Made by a program: the position numbers and the translations under genes. From positions 101,976 through 165,975 of the forward strand of contig RDEW01000004.1 of NCBI GenBank assembly GCA_011109175.1: a DNA stretch of 64,000 nucleotides. Direction: 5' to 3'. Positions 28,548 through 41,222 of this stretch are shown here, piece by piece (the stretch's first letter is position 1; the number at the start of each line of letters is the position of its first letter). The notes beneath the pieces were generated by a model that worked only from the letters and a program-made list of their open reading frames with translations, searched no databases and was not told the DNA's origin. This DNA comes from Dicyema japonicum. Taxonomy: Eukaryota; Animalia; Dicyemida.

Positions 28548-29940
28548 ATGGTTGTGAATAAACTATTAATTCAATAGAAAAGTAAGAAACAGCCAAGTAA
28601 GTCACAGAAGGTGTTCGAAATAGTCCCACGTGAAAAAGATGATCCGTTATACAATGATCCGTCCGCTTCCCCAAATATAATTCTCCCAGTCAAGAATATA
28701 GAAAAAGTACACATCATCTCACTCCTAAATACACAAATTTTTAATTTCTAGAGCTTTCTTGAAAGGTTGGGTATTACAGAGGACATGTTACCCCAAAAAA
28801 TGAGATCTAAACCCAAGTTTGAAATTATCAAGGGTAACGCTGACTATGATCCTGGTATTGTTATCCCTTAACCTTTTCAGAGGTCATTAAGAACCTTTAT
28901 GATGACAATCAGTACGAGGAGCTCACCGATGACTTAATCCAGATGGTCGATGCGCCATCAAAGTATATTACGTGAATGAATCCAGATCTGAGTCTTTTGG
29001 AGATTACGGCTACATTATGAACAGATTCTTGAACGATTTGGACATTTGCTGTGAAGAGGAGGGATTTCAACGTCCAAAACCGTTATACGTGGACTGTTCT
29101 AACTCATTAGGGACTTCGTGTGCTACTAGTAGGCGATCTAAGGCACTGAGGGACTTTGATGAACGATTCCAACTTGTACTATCGGTTATGCGTATTTTTA
29201 GTTCTTGGAAAAGGAGTCTCAGGATCTCTGTTCTTTGGATTACCATGAAACTGAAGTAATGAGAGAAATTGACTTGAATGAACTTTCTGCTGACCTCGAT
29301 AATCTCATGAATGCGTATCTGTCACGTTTATTTCTTCAGAATTCCGAAAAATGTCGGTAATATAATATCAAAAGAACGAATTGACTGTTCGTGAAGATAC
29401 CACATATGATAATTTGACTGAAGGGGACTTTGAGGATGATGGAGAATCGGATGAGTCCACTATAGTTGGGGATGAAGGTTTGTCCTGGTTATGAGGTTCC
29501 TAGAGAGTGAGGTTGGGAGTAGACGGTCTTCTGTGAGATGCATGTTTTCGGGGAGAATGATGGACGGGTCACATTGCGAAAATCTCAGTATGAATCGTTG
29601 ATTTATTTTTGGCATGACCAGTATTTCTAGTCGTGTCAGTCAGCCACGTGAAATTGTCCATAGAAAGAAACCCAGGATGGCCGCTGGGGGGAGACAAGAA
29701 GACCACTCCGAAACTGTCGCTGAAGAGTTACCGGTGCTTCCGCAGCCGGATTTCTCGCAAATCGACAGAAAGGCGTGGAAGGCAATGGTAAAGGAAGACA
29801 GAAGGGTTTGAATGAGTGGTTGATTTGACTAGTTGAAGAGAGTGAGGAAAAAGGAGATGAAAGTTCTATTTACTGATAACAAACTGAGTCGTCAACTATT
29901 GATGACACGAGATCAATCAAAACATGTTGATATTGTATAG
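28548..29940 (+). CDS. LTV1: LTV1 ribosome biogenesis factor, spliced
   Basis: VFEIVPREKDDPLYNDPSASPNIILP (cf. FHLVHRSQRDPL...APQRVL), DYDPEVI (cf. DFDPDIV), SRRSKALRDFDERF (cf. RRNEQL..HDERF) and RKAWKAMVKEDRR.KRVRKK (cf. RARKQAIKEERKERR). Confidence 0.82.
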
Positions 29941-32447
29941 TTTTTATTAACGATAACATTTTTTTTGATATAAAATTGCATGTCACTTATTGAAGTCACT
30001 TCCAAATTTAGTCAGTGATCTTCAGTTCGTTTTTGCTTTCAACTAATATACTTTTTTTTTGGTTATTCCTTAGTACCACTGATGGAGTTAATCTTTCATG
30101 GAAGGAGCAGACATAATATGTCACATGCTGGACTGGTTGCCATCACCTGTCATTTGTAGTCTAACAGATGTCATATTTAGCCTATTATTAAAGCACTTTC
30201 ACGAAAGCCATAATGATTATAGCCCCGCATGTGCAACACTCAAACAAACAATATTTATAGTTAGTCTTTTCCATCTTCCTCTGTCGAATGCGAGTGATCT
30301 CAATTCGTCCAGGTCGTCTCCCGTCTTTAGATTTTTTCTCACACGATTTAAGTCTTTGTTTAGGGCTGTCGGAAGTGTCGATCTAGGTCGTCCGCGGAAG
30401 GGTTTTTCGCATCTGTCAAAGTAATCTTCCATCGCTTTGTTAGCGGGTGCGTCCGGGTTCATTCTTAGTACATGCCCAAATAGCCTCCACCGGGCATCTA
30501 TCACATCCTTGCTGATGTAAGAACACATACACTTGTTGTAGATACCAGTGGTTGATATTCTACGTGGCCACTCCATTCCGAGTAAGCTTCTTAGTTGCCT
30601 TCTATGGAACGAATCCAGTTTTGATAGTTCTTTGAAGGAACTTCCCCATGTCCCAGCGTTATACAGTAGGATCGGTTTCACAAACGCGTTGTAAAGCCTG
30701 CATCTGATGTCAATTCCAAGTCCTTTGGCCCTTAGCCATCCTTTCTTCAGTTTAGCCATTGCCGCATTTGCCAGTGTTTTCCTCCTTAGTACATCTTCAG
30801 CGTCTCCTAGTAGAGAGCCGAGCTTATTAGTACGTCTCCATCTTTCATGAGTAATATCGTCTTCTCTTTTGATTTCCGTAATTTCAGTTTTGTTAACATT
30901 TACGCTGAGAAACCATTTCTCAAGCTCCGCAGGTGCATTTTCTAGCAGGTGTTGGAGTGCGGTCACATCCCGTGATACAAAATCCACATCATCCTATATA
31001 GCATTTACGGAGGTCGCGGAGTGCAGATTCAAGGTATATGGTGAATAGTAAAGGGGACAGGGAATCATCCTGGGGTGTCCCAATCGTTGTTTTGAAACTG
31101 CGGAAAGTTGCTCTTTCTGTTCTCACAGATAGTCTTGTGGACGCAAGTAGTAGTCTGATAATCTTAACTGACAATTCATCCAATATTTCCTCAAGCACAT
31201 TCATCAGTTTCTGTCTGTTTATTGTGTCGAAAGCCCTATAAAGATCTATTCCCAAACACGGTGTTACGCTCTTGAATCATTCATTCGTCGTTCAGTGCCA
31301 TCTGTGACTCCATACAATGTCTGACGTAGACCTCCTTTCTCGGAAGCCATCTTGACTTGCTGGTAGGTATAGATCCCCCACACCCTTTATCCAGCACCTT
31401 ACTTATCGAATTCAGAAGTATTATCGGGCGGAGATTTTTTACTGGTCCTTTTGATTTGATCGGTTTTTGTATGGGTATTAGTAATCCATTTCCAAGTCCT
31501 AGATCGGTATTAGTTTCAAAGATGTCATTTAGGGTTTTTGCAATTGTGTCGGTAAGTTTTTTTGGCCCATATTTTATGAGCTCAGGGCTTATGTTGTCCG
31601 ACCCGGCACTTTTATTATTCTTCAGTTTCTTTATCGCTAATTCCACCTCTTCCACTGTGATTGGAATTTCTAGCGCCTTTGCTTCTCCCTCGAATAGGGG
31701 AAAGTCCATATTTTTTTTATTCAACAGTGCTTCGAAGTGTCTTGCAATCAATTCTGCCTTTTCTTCCGGGTTACCTACGAATTTTCCATCTTTGTCCTTG
31801 ATGTGAAGGGTTTTTTGTCTTTTCTTAGTCCGCAGCAGCCGCAAAGCCGCATACATCCTTGAATTGTCCTTTAGGCATTCCACATCTTTTAATAGGGATG
31901 TAATAATTTCCCGTGAGTGTTTTCTGTTCATCTTTTTGATTTTCCATTTTAGTTCCCTTTGTTGGATATTAAGCTCTTTTTATTCTCGTCTGACGTGTTT
32001 GCCGCTTTTAGCCGTAGCTCTCTGCAATGCTTTGCCATATTTGGCACGTTCGGGTGGTGATCCAATTTTAGGGCGTGATGATTTCGGACTCCAAGGCATA
32101 TTTTGGCCGACTTGGAGATTGCCTGTTTTGTTTGATCCCACAGAGTTCGTACTGATGATTCCGGTGCGGTTTTCACCATAAGAGTCTCGATTTGTTCGTG
32201 ATATTTAGCTCTACAAGTGGGCTCTAACCACAATTTTTCTGTCTGAAAGTATATATTGGGTCTTTGTCTCGCCTTCTTCGCGTTTTCAATGTATTTTTTC
32301 CCAGTCAGGTGCTTTTTTACACAAAGTTTTGCAATGACGATCCTGTGGTCGCTGTCGGTTGTTGTTCCCTGGTAGGAACGTGCATCATTTATCAGGTGTT
32401 TATCAGACTTTAGGCAGATAATGTAGTCGATTTGATTATATATATTC

Positions 32448-34502
32448 GGTTGTAGGAAAAAAGTCAAGCGGAAAAAAAGTCAAGTTGTCTTTTTTAGTTT
32501 ATATCGCATTTTTGTGATACTACTAGCATCTTTTAATTTTTAAAAATTTTTTCAATACTTGACTTTTTTTCCACTTGACTTTTTTTCCATTTTTGAAAAT
32601 TTTTCCCTTATAAATTTTCGAAATTTAGCGCAAAACGGAAAAAAAGTCAAGTCCGTTAACGAATTCGGACTTGACTTTTTTTCCGTTTATAAATTAAGAT
32701 TTTTATTCATGATCGTTTCATTTTAAAGTAAGCGAGTTTAAATAACAAATTATTTAAATAGTTAATTTTGGCTAATGTTAATGCATTAAAATGTCCCGCC
32801 ACAACTAAAACTACACGTGGTGGAAATAAATTCTAAAAAAAAACAGATTTTTTCTACTTTTAAAATTTTTTAAAATGTTATAAACATATGATTTTTATTT
32901 AACGTGAATCAAGGGATTATTTAATGGGAATCAAAAGAATATTTAATATTCCATGCAATTGCTTTTAGGGCTTCTCCTACTGTTTTTTTCCGTCCTGGCG
33001 ATCCAGACATATATTTAAAAGTTTTTTGTCTATCAATCGTTTTTTTATTTGTTCTTGTTGAAATTCTTTTTCCAAAGGACTCCTGGTCAATAATAGTTTT
33101 CGTCATTTTTTCTTCTTTTTGGAATGACGATATAATATTCCATATCGATGGATGACGATATCCCGTCAAATTGTATAATTTATTGTTCCACCCTTCACAA
33201 TAGTTATTTGTTCTTTGTTTATTATTGAGTGTAGCTTCATACACATTCCATAAATTTGGAGGAAACAATTGAGCAATGTGCTGTATTCTAACAGCTAAGG
33301 GGTTTTCTCGATCATTTAAGCAACGATAATAACCGCGAACATATGTTCTATCAAAATAATCTAATATATATTTTGGATCTGGAATATTTTCTGGCATATT
33401 ATTCATTAGGAATTCTATTCCTTCTTCCATATTTTCAATGGGTAAAAACGCAAGAGCGTCTATCATTGCGCAAAAAATGTTAAAATTAATATTTTCTTTA
33501 TATTGTTTTACTAGATGCAATTCTTGAATTTTTCTCCAGTTGACTGTCTTAGATGATAATAACATCCTCTAATATGTATTCGTCTCCCAAATACTGCAAG
33601 GACAGCTCGAAATACCGAATCTTCAAAGTCTGCCATAATAGTTTCAAGACAAAATGGAATATCTCCGAGATCGAAAATATTTTTTGGAATATGTAGAGAC
33701 AAGCGTTGATTCTTAGTGTTCTCTTGAAAGAATCTGCAGAAGGGAGAATAATTCTATTTGCTGTTTCACATTGAGACACAACCTTTGAATAGATTTGTAA
33801 GGGATTTTCTTGACTCGTTTTAGCAATAAGTTTTGCTTCGTTGCACAATTTCATCAGTTTTATTTGACTTTTGTCAAATTCGTGATTGTGAGAAATTCCT
33901 TCTTTGAGAAATTCAACTTAAAATCCGTATATTAAGTCAAAAAGATTAAACCAAAGCGAAAAAAGTCAAGGTCAAAAAGATTAAACCAAAGCGAAAAAAG
34001 TCAAGTCAATTTTATTTATTAGGAATCCTTGGCCCCCAAGCAGATGAGTTGGTTCGTAAGATCGGCTCCATGATTCAAGCTGTGACCAAGGATCCGCGAG
34101 ACTAGTTGGTTCCGAGAACGTATCTCGTTGGCTATTGTTAGGGGAAATAGCATGGCCATTCAGATTCCTTAATTTAATTTTTATTCATTTTATAATAAAA
34201 AAAAAATTTATTATTACCTTGAAATTCTTAAATTGATTTAGTCAAAGCGATTATACCAAAGCGGAAAAAAAGTCAAGTCCGTGATTTCGTTAGCGGACTT
34301 GACTTTTTTTCCATTTTGCGCTAAATTTCGAAAATTTATAAGGGAAAAATTTTCAAAAATAGAAAAAAAGTCAAGCGGAAAAAAAGTCAAGTATTGAAAA
34401 AAATTTTTAAAAATTAAAAGATGCTAGTAGTATCACAAAAATGCGATATAAACTAAAAAAGACAACTTGACTTTTTTCCACTTGACTTTTTTTCCGCACT
34501 CC
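32448..34502 (-). mobile_element. Mutator/MULE DNA transposon, internally deleted
   Basis: ~240-bp TIRs (GG...CC ends) and an 8-bp TSD ATATATTC at 32440-32447 and 34503-34510. Transposase motifs ADFEDSVFRAV...IRGCYYHLRQ and RTNNYCEGWNNKL...HPSIW. The first catalytic region appears deleted. Confidence 0.92.
34023..34205 (+). mobile_element. 5'-truncated CRE 3' end with poly(A), nested inside the MULE
   Basis: Nearly identical to 61578-61755. Ends with AATAAA followed by an A-run. Confidence 0.9.
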
Positions 34503-35271
34503 ATATATTCACGGTCTCTCCGACAGAGTTTTTCTTTGTCCGTGCCACGTCGTCTTGTGGCAACCTGAGTGCGTAAAGGCCGTGTTGCACAGGAAAAGGC
34601 TATTTGCCTCGCAGAAGTTTACCAGAGAGGCTCCAGATGCATTTCTCCTTCCGCGCCCGTGTCTTCCAATAGAGGATTCTTCGGGCCCATTCGCATTCCG
34701 GCCTTTGCATTCATATCTCCCGCAACAAAGACAAGAGACGAGGAAGCATTGTTAGAGTATGTGCTTGATAGTTCTGAGTAGAATTCCTCGAGTTCACCAG
34801 GGTTCTTGATTACTCGTCCACAGTGTGGTGCATAGACATTTATAACGGTTAGTAGACTCTTGGACGGGCATAGTTCATTTAGTTTGACCTGTAGGACACA
34901 TATTCGGTCGTTGACTCTCCAATAGCGATGTAATTTTTTGAGGTAATCCACGTGTAGGGCAAATCCCATGCCGTAGTGTTTGCATTCAGTTGGGAAGAGA
35001 ATCAGTCGGTAGTTGCTCCATGTCTCATCGCGTCCATTTTCGATTTTCGTCTCTTGTAGGCAGCCAATAGATATTTTGTATTTCTCGAGATCGTCACAAA
35101 GTACTTTCCTTGTCCAATCTTTCGATATTCCACGTACGTTGAACGTCATTAGCCTGAGTTCTCGATTGTATGATGAGTGTTTTTCAGACATTTTTCTTAA
35201 CCGTTGTACAGAGAAGAAACGAGGCACGTCACCACCTCAACAAAAAAACAATATTATTTAACCTACACAAT

Positions 35272-35451
35272 ATTATTATTAATAGCACTTTCGAAGAACC
35301 AAAAATGTAATTTTCCGCTTGTGCCGTATTTTTCTTCAGGTTATTTTTTTCCACAATTCTCTTGACCAACTTCCTCCATGCTCCGCGGTTACAGGCAGTT
35401 ATTCCGAGAGTATCCAGATCATCAGTTTTCAGCTTTCGTCCTACATTGGTC
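35272..35451 (-). mobile_element. 5'-truncated RTE 3' end
   Basis: RKLKTDDLDTLGITACNRGAWRKLV, an AAAGTGCT(ATT)AATAATAAT tail, and flanking direct repeat AACCTACAC at 35260-35268 and 35452-35460. Confidence 0.82.
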
Positions 35452-35743
35452 AACCTACACGATAGAGAATATTTAAATTATTTTATTTTTTAAATTTTAT
35501 TATTGGAAAAGGATGTGTGCTCAAAGATGTTAGCGCAATCTTTAAACCAATAAGTTAAAAATATTTTGAATACGAGGCAATAATGACTCTAACCCCAAAT
35601 CAGAAATGCATCCAATAGCTCAGCACAGAAATAGTCAATTAATCAAAGAGTTTTCACACTCATAATTTGCCATCAAAAGAAATTTTATAGAAGCCGGTGT
35701 AAAGGATTGTTCAGTATGAAAAATTTTCTTATTCCTCTTAAAG

Positions 35744-36290
35744 CAGCGCTTCACGCACCCAAAAAGTTTAAAAACCAACCTCGCACCCCCGATTTTAAAT
35801 TTTACAGAATTCGAATTTTATTCAAAAAAATTATTTCGGTTCCTTGAGAATTTTCCTGCCTTTTGTTTTTAATTAATTCTTGAAAACGTGGTTTTTTGTT
35901 TGATAGTGCAATTCTGAGATAGTTTTCAGGGTTAAGAGCGTTTCGACAATGGAATCTGCTGCTGCAATTTTTGTTTGACCCAGAACTGTTTTCAACATTT
36001 CCAATGCACACGGCTCAATAAGAGTCTCTGCCATAATATGTAGCTTCCTTGATTTCGCAACTTTAAATGCTACCTGGAATGACCCCAAAAGTAACGGTTT
36101 GTCAATGCAGGTAAATCCAGGCTTCGGAAGCGTTCCTTGGATGTCGCATTGTGACTTTTTAGCCTTCAAACATCCAAGATCATTTACTGAAAGATTTACC
36201 CCCTCGTGGATAGATTTAAAATGTCCGTTCAACTTTGATGTTTTCAAATCAGAAAAAAATTACATTACAAAACACGCACTGGGGAGGGCG
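35744..36290 (-). mobile_element. hAT (Buster/Charlie-like) transposase fragment
   Basis: MKTSKLNGHFKSIH...GSFQVAFKVAKSRKLHIMAETLIEPCALEMLKTVLG matches the Buster/ZBED5-type N-terminal region. CAGCGCTTC at 35744 is a possible TIR. Confidence 0.75.
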
Positions 36291-36349
36291 GGAGTCTATC
36301 GATTTCATCAATAATTATCTTCGTAAAACCATATTCAACACTTCTTTCC

Positions 36350-37050
36350 AATTTCGAATTTTAACACACGTTGACATAGACAACCACGAGTTTTTTAATT
36401 CTTAGGATGTCCCAGTATTCTGATGATTTGGTCTGATGATTCAGACTAATTCTTTCTACCTCGACTTCTGAGATCATCTGTTTATGCAGGATAGTCTGTT
36501 TGCTGAGTTGGTGCCCCGGACTCTACGGCTTCTCTTTTATGAGATCGATGGTCACCCTCCTGAAAAATGGCTTTGTCTGAGGAATCCATCCCTTGGGGAT
36601 GTATTTTCGATATGTGGTAATTATTCATTTGTTGAAATGGCTAATTGCAAAATCCCCAGAGTCTCTCCAAGAAATCGATCAAATATTTAAAGATACTTTT
36701 GTGCTGTTTTTGACACCTCGAGTAAGATTTTTATAGTTCCGTCAACCTTGTACATTTACCTCCCAACCATAGGGGAATCGGCATCAAATTTCTTGAGAAT
36801 TGAGCCTCTTCTTTTTGAGTGCCTCCAAACTGTATAACATTGCAGGAAATATTGCGGAGTTGAAAACATAAACATAGGTCTCTGGGTTTTGACTTTCTAA
36901 TGTAGAACACAGTGTTCCTAGCTTTTTTCTTCCATATTTTAGCGTGTTCCATAAATTACCTCCTCGTCAATAAGCTATTTCATAGTCTTCTTCCGAGGTT
37001 TGCATTGTAACTTGTTTTTTAAATCAGCCACCCTCCTGTTTCTGGAACAT
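36350..37050 (-). mobile_element. Probable LINE endonuclease-RT linker relic
   Basis: RKYIPKGWIPQTKPFF...YWDILRIKK resembles the linker region. Heavily decayed. Confidence 0.4.
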
Positions 37051-37189
37051 AAAATCCGAATTCTCTGCGAGGAGGCGCAAAAGCTTATCTTTGAAGATGG
37101 GAACTCTTATTAAATGGAATAAATTGAGATTCAGCTAACACCAATTTAAAAATACAAGACAAGTTACTTTATTTTGTCACTAAAGGCTC

Positions 37190-38060
37190 CACAGACATCA
37201 TACTCAACGATTTCAACAGACACTTTAATCGTGAAGGGGAGCCTCGTTCACTTAATAAAGCGTTCAGGGATTCCGAAATTTTTGAAGGTCTTAGGCGCTT
37301 GAATAATAACAGAGCTGATGGCTTTGACAATATTTGGGGAAAATTAATAAAATACGCCAGAAAAATATTCTTTATGTTCAACAGAATATTCAAGACTCAC
37401 TGTCCAGTGAACATTTCAACGGGAATATTAATGCCTGTACAAAAACCTGGTAAAAGTGCAGGATCCCCAGACATAGTTTTAGTAACATGTCAGCGAAAAA
37501 CCCTATCTATTATAACTCTGTCAGGTATCGAGTTCTGTTGACCGATATTTATCCCCAAATAAAAGTGGATTTAGGAAGGTCAACCACTGATATCATTTGA
37601 AGTCATCGATGGTAAAAGGCTCAGATGTAAATGTGTCTCAGAATCTTCGGATAAGTCCATTTAATGCGTTCGTACAACCGACCCTATAACTCAGGAACGT
37701 GGTGAAGGTCGAAAGAATGTCGTAAGAGATTCAACAGATACCAAAGGAATCAGTTGTGGAAAATAGTAGGCATCTACTGGCCGATAAACTTAAAAACAGT
37801 ATTTTTATGAGTAAATGCGGGCCGATATGCGAGTAAATGATACAGTCTTACTGATGATTTTTAGGGCATGTTCTCCTTATGGGTATGGTGACATCAAGTA
37901 ACCCTATTATGGAGGATTTTTCTGGGGGTTTTCTTAGACAACAGAGAACTACTCTTTGTCTGGATCAAGATTATGGCCAAGTTGGTGGAAACATGAAACA
38001 GCGTACGACCATTAGTATTCATGTGTTTGTGGGTAACGCGGGAGTACTTTTAAAATTCTC
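37190..38060 (+). mobile_element. Degenerate RTE LINE with internal deletions
   Basis: LRRLNNNRADGFDNI, TGILMPVQKPGK, FNAFVQPTL..SGTW and GHVLLM motifs. Confidence 0.7.
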
Positions 38061-38149
38061 ACTTTATGACAAATATTGACTATTTCTATTATTTAAATCA
38101 AAGTGCACTTTAAAGTAAAAATCAATAAGTCAAATTTAAATTTATTGAA

Positions 38150-38400
38150 CCAAAAAAACCGTCATAGCCAGAATTAAAAAATTCAGGTGATCCCGGCCCC
38201 CTCATCAGTCTTCGCATGCTCGGACTTGAAGAAAGTGCCGTCCAAGGGAAACTCCTCTGGAGGGTTGTTGACTAATGGTTCTTTTTGGATATAATTTAGA
38301 TTATATCTGGCGCCACCAGAAATGGTTAACCACATGACGCACGCTAACAATTAAAGCTCCCTGGAGCCTAACAGGAAAGGAGGAACAGAAGAATCAAATA
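38150..38400 (-). mobile_element. LINE 3' end
   Basis: GGGATCAC (GIT-stop) terminus at 38187-38194 in minus orientation. Confidence 0.55.
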
Positions 38401-38866
38401 AATAATTCAATTCATGTAGCCACATAGCACCACACTAGCTTTGGCGCCACGTGGCATCAAATGAAAAGAAGATGGGGAATAAATAAATTTATCACTTAAG
38501 ACACCCCTCCGGACGAAATTACAGTCTTTTCGTTCGAGGAGGAGAAGCCACTGAAAGCAATCGACTCCCTTTCACCTTATAACATCATCGGGAGTTAACG
38601 TTATTATACTCCACAAAAGGCCGATAACTCGAAAAAAGTACAAAGGGTTCTTTTTTGATTCATGTTTCGCACTATTGTTATCAAGAAAAATTGTAGGTAT
38701 AAGTATAAAGTAGCTGTGTTTTTTCAGGAAACTAGGCGTCTGGATACATCCATAACCCATGGCATTCGTGAAACTCAGTGGACTCGTGAGAGGCAACACT
38801 TAATAATTTATGTTAACGAGGAGTATTATAATTATATCGACTAAAGCAAACATTTAAGATTAAAAA

Positions 38867-41094
38867 TCAAATATATACTAAATTATTACTTCTGCTTGAT
38901 TTTAATGCACGTTTTGTAAATATTTGTGATTCCAATTCCCTAAATATATATTCCCCAGCCTCCACCTTAGCTTTGTAAACCGGGGGTAAGTTCAACATTG
39001 AAGGCGGATTATTCTCACGTGTCTTATTCCAATATGACATTGGATAAAAGTGAGGATGCACCAATGCTGAATATCTTGTTATCTTCTGATTCTCAACAAC
39101 CTCCCCCGCCAAACACCACTCTACCAAAAAGCAAGTAACTTACTTTTTTGCTGGAATGGCTTCACTGAAGGCTTTCCAAGGTCGTACAACTCCCGCTTAC
39201 TAAAAGCGGACTTGACTCTATTTTTGTCCTAAAGTTACTAAACCTGAAACTTGCTTTCTAACGTTTTCCATGATTTGGGCACTCGAAGAACACTTCTTTT
39301 TCCTTGCTGTCTTCTCGGAAATTTCAACCTTAAAGTCCTTCGATGATTTGAGAGACACGAGACTCTCGAGCAGTTCGATTTTTTCCCTTCATGTTTATCA
39401 AACAAAACTCGTATTTTTTCGTCAACAAAACCTTTTCTGACTCGTATTGCTCAATCATCAGGTGGTAGTCCTTACTCGAATAAATCTAAAGTCACCCCCA
39501 ATCAGACTTGAGAGTTACCATCGGTAGATGCAAGGAATCCGACAAGTCTGTGGAGACCGATTTCTCCTTCATTCTGAGTAAAGCAGGGTCCGTGGAAACA
39601 CAAATGGTGCTTTTCCTGTCGCCTAAACTGGCGACAAAAAAGACCTGTCATAGTGGCTTTGCTCACAGAATCAGGGACCATGAACCAGAGCCTTCCTACT
39701 GAAAAATCGAAGGATTCAATATCAGGGCACTTGTCCTCGACACTGTGAAGTCTGATTCGTGTAGAATTGATATCCAGTTTATCCAATCCTCGAAATATTA
39801 TCCAATTCAAACCAGAAAAGTTCCCAAACGCCTGTTCTAATTCGACCGATTCCGTAGTTAAATCTACGTCCGGCAACACAGAGCAAATAACATCAGACAC
39901 GTGCTATAATAAGTCGACGGGATACCAGAATGTTCAACATAGCACAGGGAATGATCCCCAGTAAAACAACCTTGTCTTTTCTTTTAAAAGAAACTTTTAT
40001 TTGCCCAACATTTTGCAACGTGCAGAATGGGAAAACGACATTTCTATAATGGCTAGCGTCCTTTTCGAGCACGTGGCCGATCTCATCGACCATTAGGGAG
40101 ATTGAATAGTCGGATGGAGGAATATTAACCCTGACCAATAGGCATTGGTTATACTTCCATTCCTCAGTCCAAATGGCATGGGTTTCCAACGGTTTGACTT
40201 CCTTTAAATTGTAGGTTACTCCCATCTAATCATCATGAATGAGAAGATACAGGATCTGAGTACGTCCCCTTCTTGCTGGCGGACAGATCCGTCTGGATAT
40301 CCTTCGAGACACTGAGATTGGCCCAATCCTTATATTTTGTCTGGAATTGGTCATCTGTTATCTTAGGATGTGATTCCAGTAAAGTACAGATAGGAAAGAC
40401 TCAGGTTCGCAGTCCAAGTCCTCTATCCTTGTGGAGACCAAATTCCTTGTCTTCAGGCTGGAGATATACTCCGGTAATGACAATCTGGGAGTAATCATCC
40501 AAAACTACTTTTTCCGGTTGGCCTTCATATCTGTGATATAGAGGCTCCAACGGTTTCGGTGGAAGTTACGCAAAGCCACACTCACAAAGATTTTCTGCCA
40601 AGCATTCCACTTTGCCTGGTTCCTTAGTACAAATTCCTAAGCCATGAAACTCAAGTGGTGATTAATGCGAAATGCCAAACCTTTTTTTCGATTTCGCCAA
40701 CTTTTTCCTGTGCATTTTGTAACATAATCTTCACGTGGGCTGAATTTTTGATTAAATTTTCAATATTTTTCGTTCCTTGAAATATATTTGGGCAAGCAAG
40801 TTTGAAGGATACAACCATTCTTTCCATTCCTCGTTCCATTTCACAAAAACTGGTATATTAAACCAGGAAACCTCCGATGGAGTTCAGAGACCGTCCTCAC
40901 TAAATTTTCCAACATACTTGGAGGCAGTTTCATGCCGACCGTCATGTCCTTGACTTCAATTAACTATTCGTGCTTAATTAGCTTACATTGGATATATTTT
41001 CACGCAAGGTAAGCATATTATTCAGCAAGATCTGAAACTCTCGCGTAAAATTTGCCGTATATTCCTCATTAATATCGCCATCTCCACCATTCAT
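38867..41094 (-). CDS. Unidentified spliced gene (N-terminal helical region; possible C2-like segment)
   Basis: An open frame can be threaded through canonical 22-26 nt GT-AG introns (GTAAGCTAATTAAGCACGAATAG, GTTTCCTGGTTTAATATACCAG, GTATCTTCTCATTCATGATGATTAG, GTCTGATTGGGGGTGACTTTAG) from MNGGDGDINEEY. Some junctions are unresolved and no family was recognised. Confidence 0.6.
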
Positions 41095-41222
41095 GGTTGA
41101 TCAATAAATGCTAAGTTATTGGCTACAAAAACGGTTAACCATAATATAATTACAAAAAAGGTTATCCACAAGAAAACAATAATTTAATTAATATTTCTAA
41201 ATTAAAAAATCAGAATTATAGG

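Larger units (their letters stand above)
30183..35239 (-). mobile_element. Full-length RTE-clade LINE (APE + RT single ORF, frameshifted), interrupted by a MULE
   Basis: APE: LMTFNVRG, CLQETK, INVYAP, GDMNAK, NQIDYI. RT: KSAGSDNI, LRPIILLN, GIDLYRAFDTINR, GTPQDDSLSPLLF. C-terminus RWRLFGHVLRM. (TAA)n tail near 30183. Confidence 0.93.

Noticed and set aside
30098-31806. ORF-track entries on the plus strand here and similar antisense ORFs elsewhere (e.g. 42133-42495, 56514-57476)
   Set aside because: They are shadows of real opposite-strand coding sequence.
32448-34502. Regularly repeated GGAAAAAAAGTCAAG units as a possible CRISPR-like array
   Set aside because: The units are in both orientations, lack unique equal-length spacers and are part of MULE TIRs in a eukaryote.
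38867-41094. Weak resemblance to MED27 (N-terminus) or RhoGAP (YIFRELES)
   Set aside because: Only scattered residues match and domain lengths do not fit, so no symbol was assigned.
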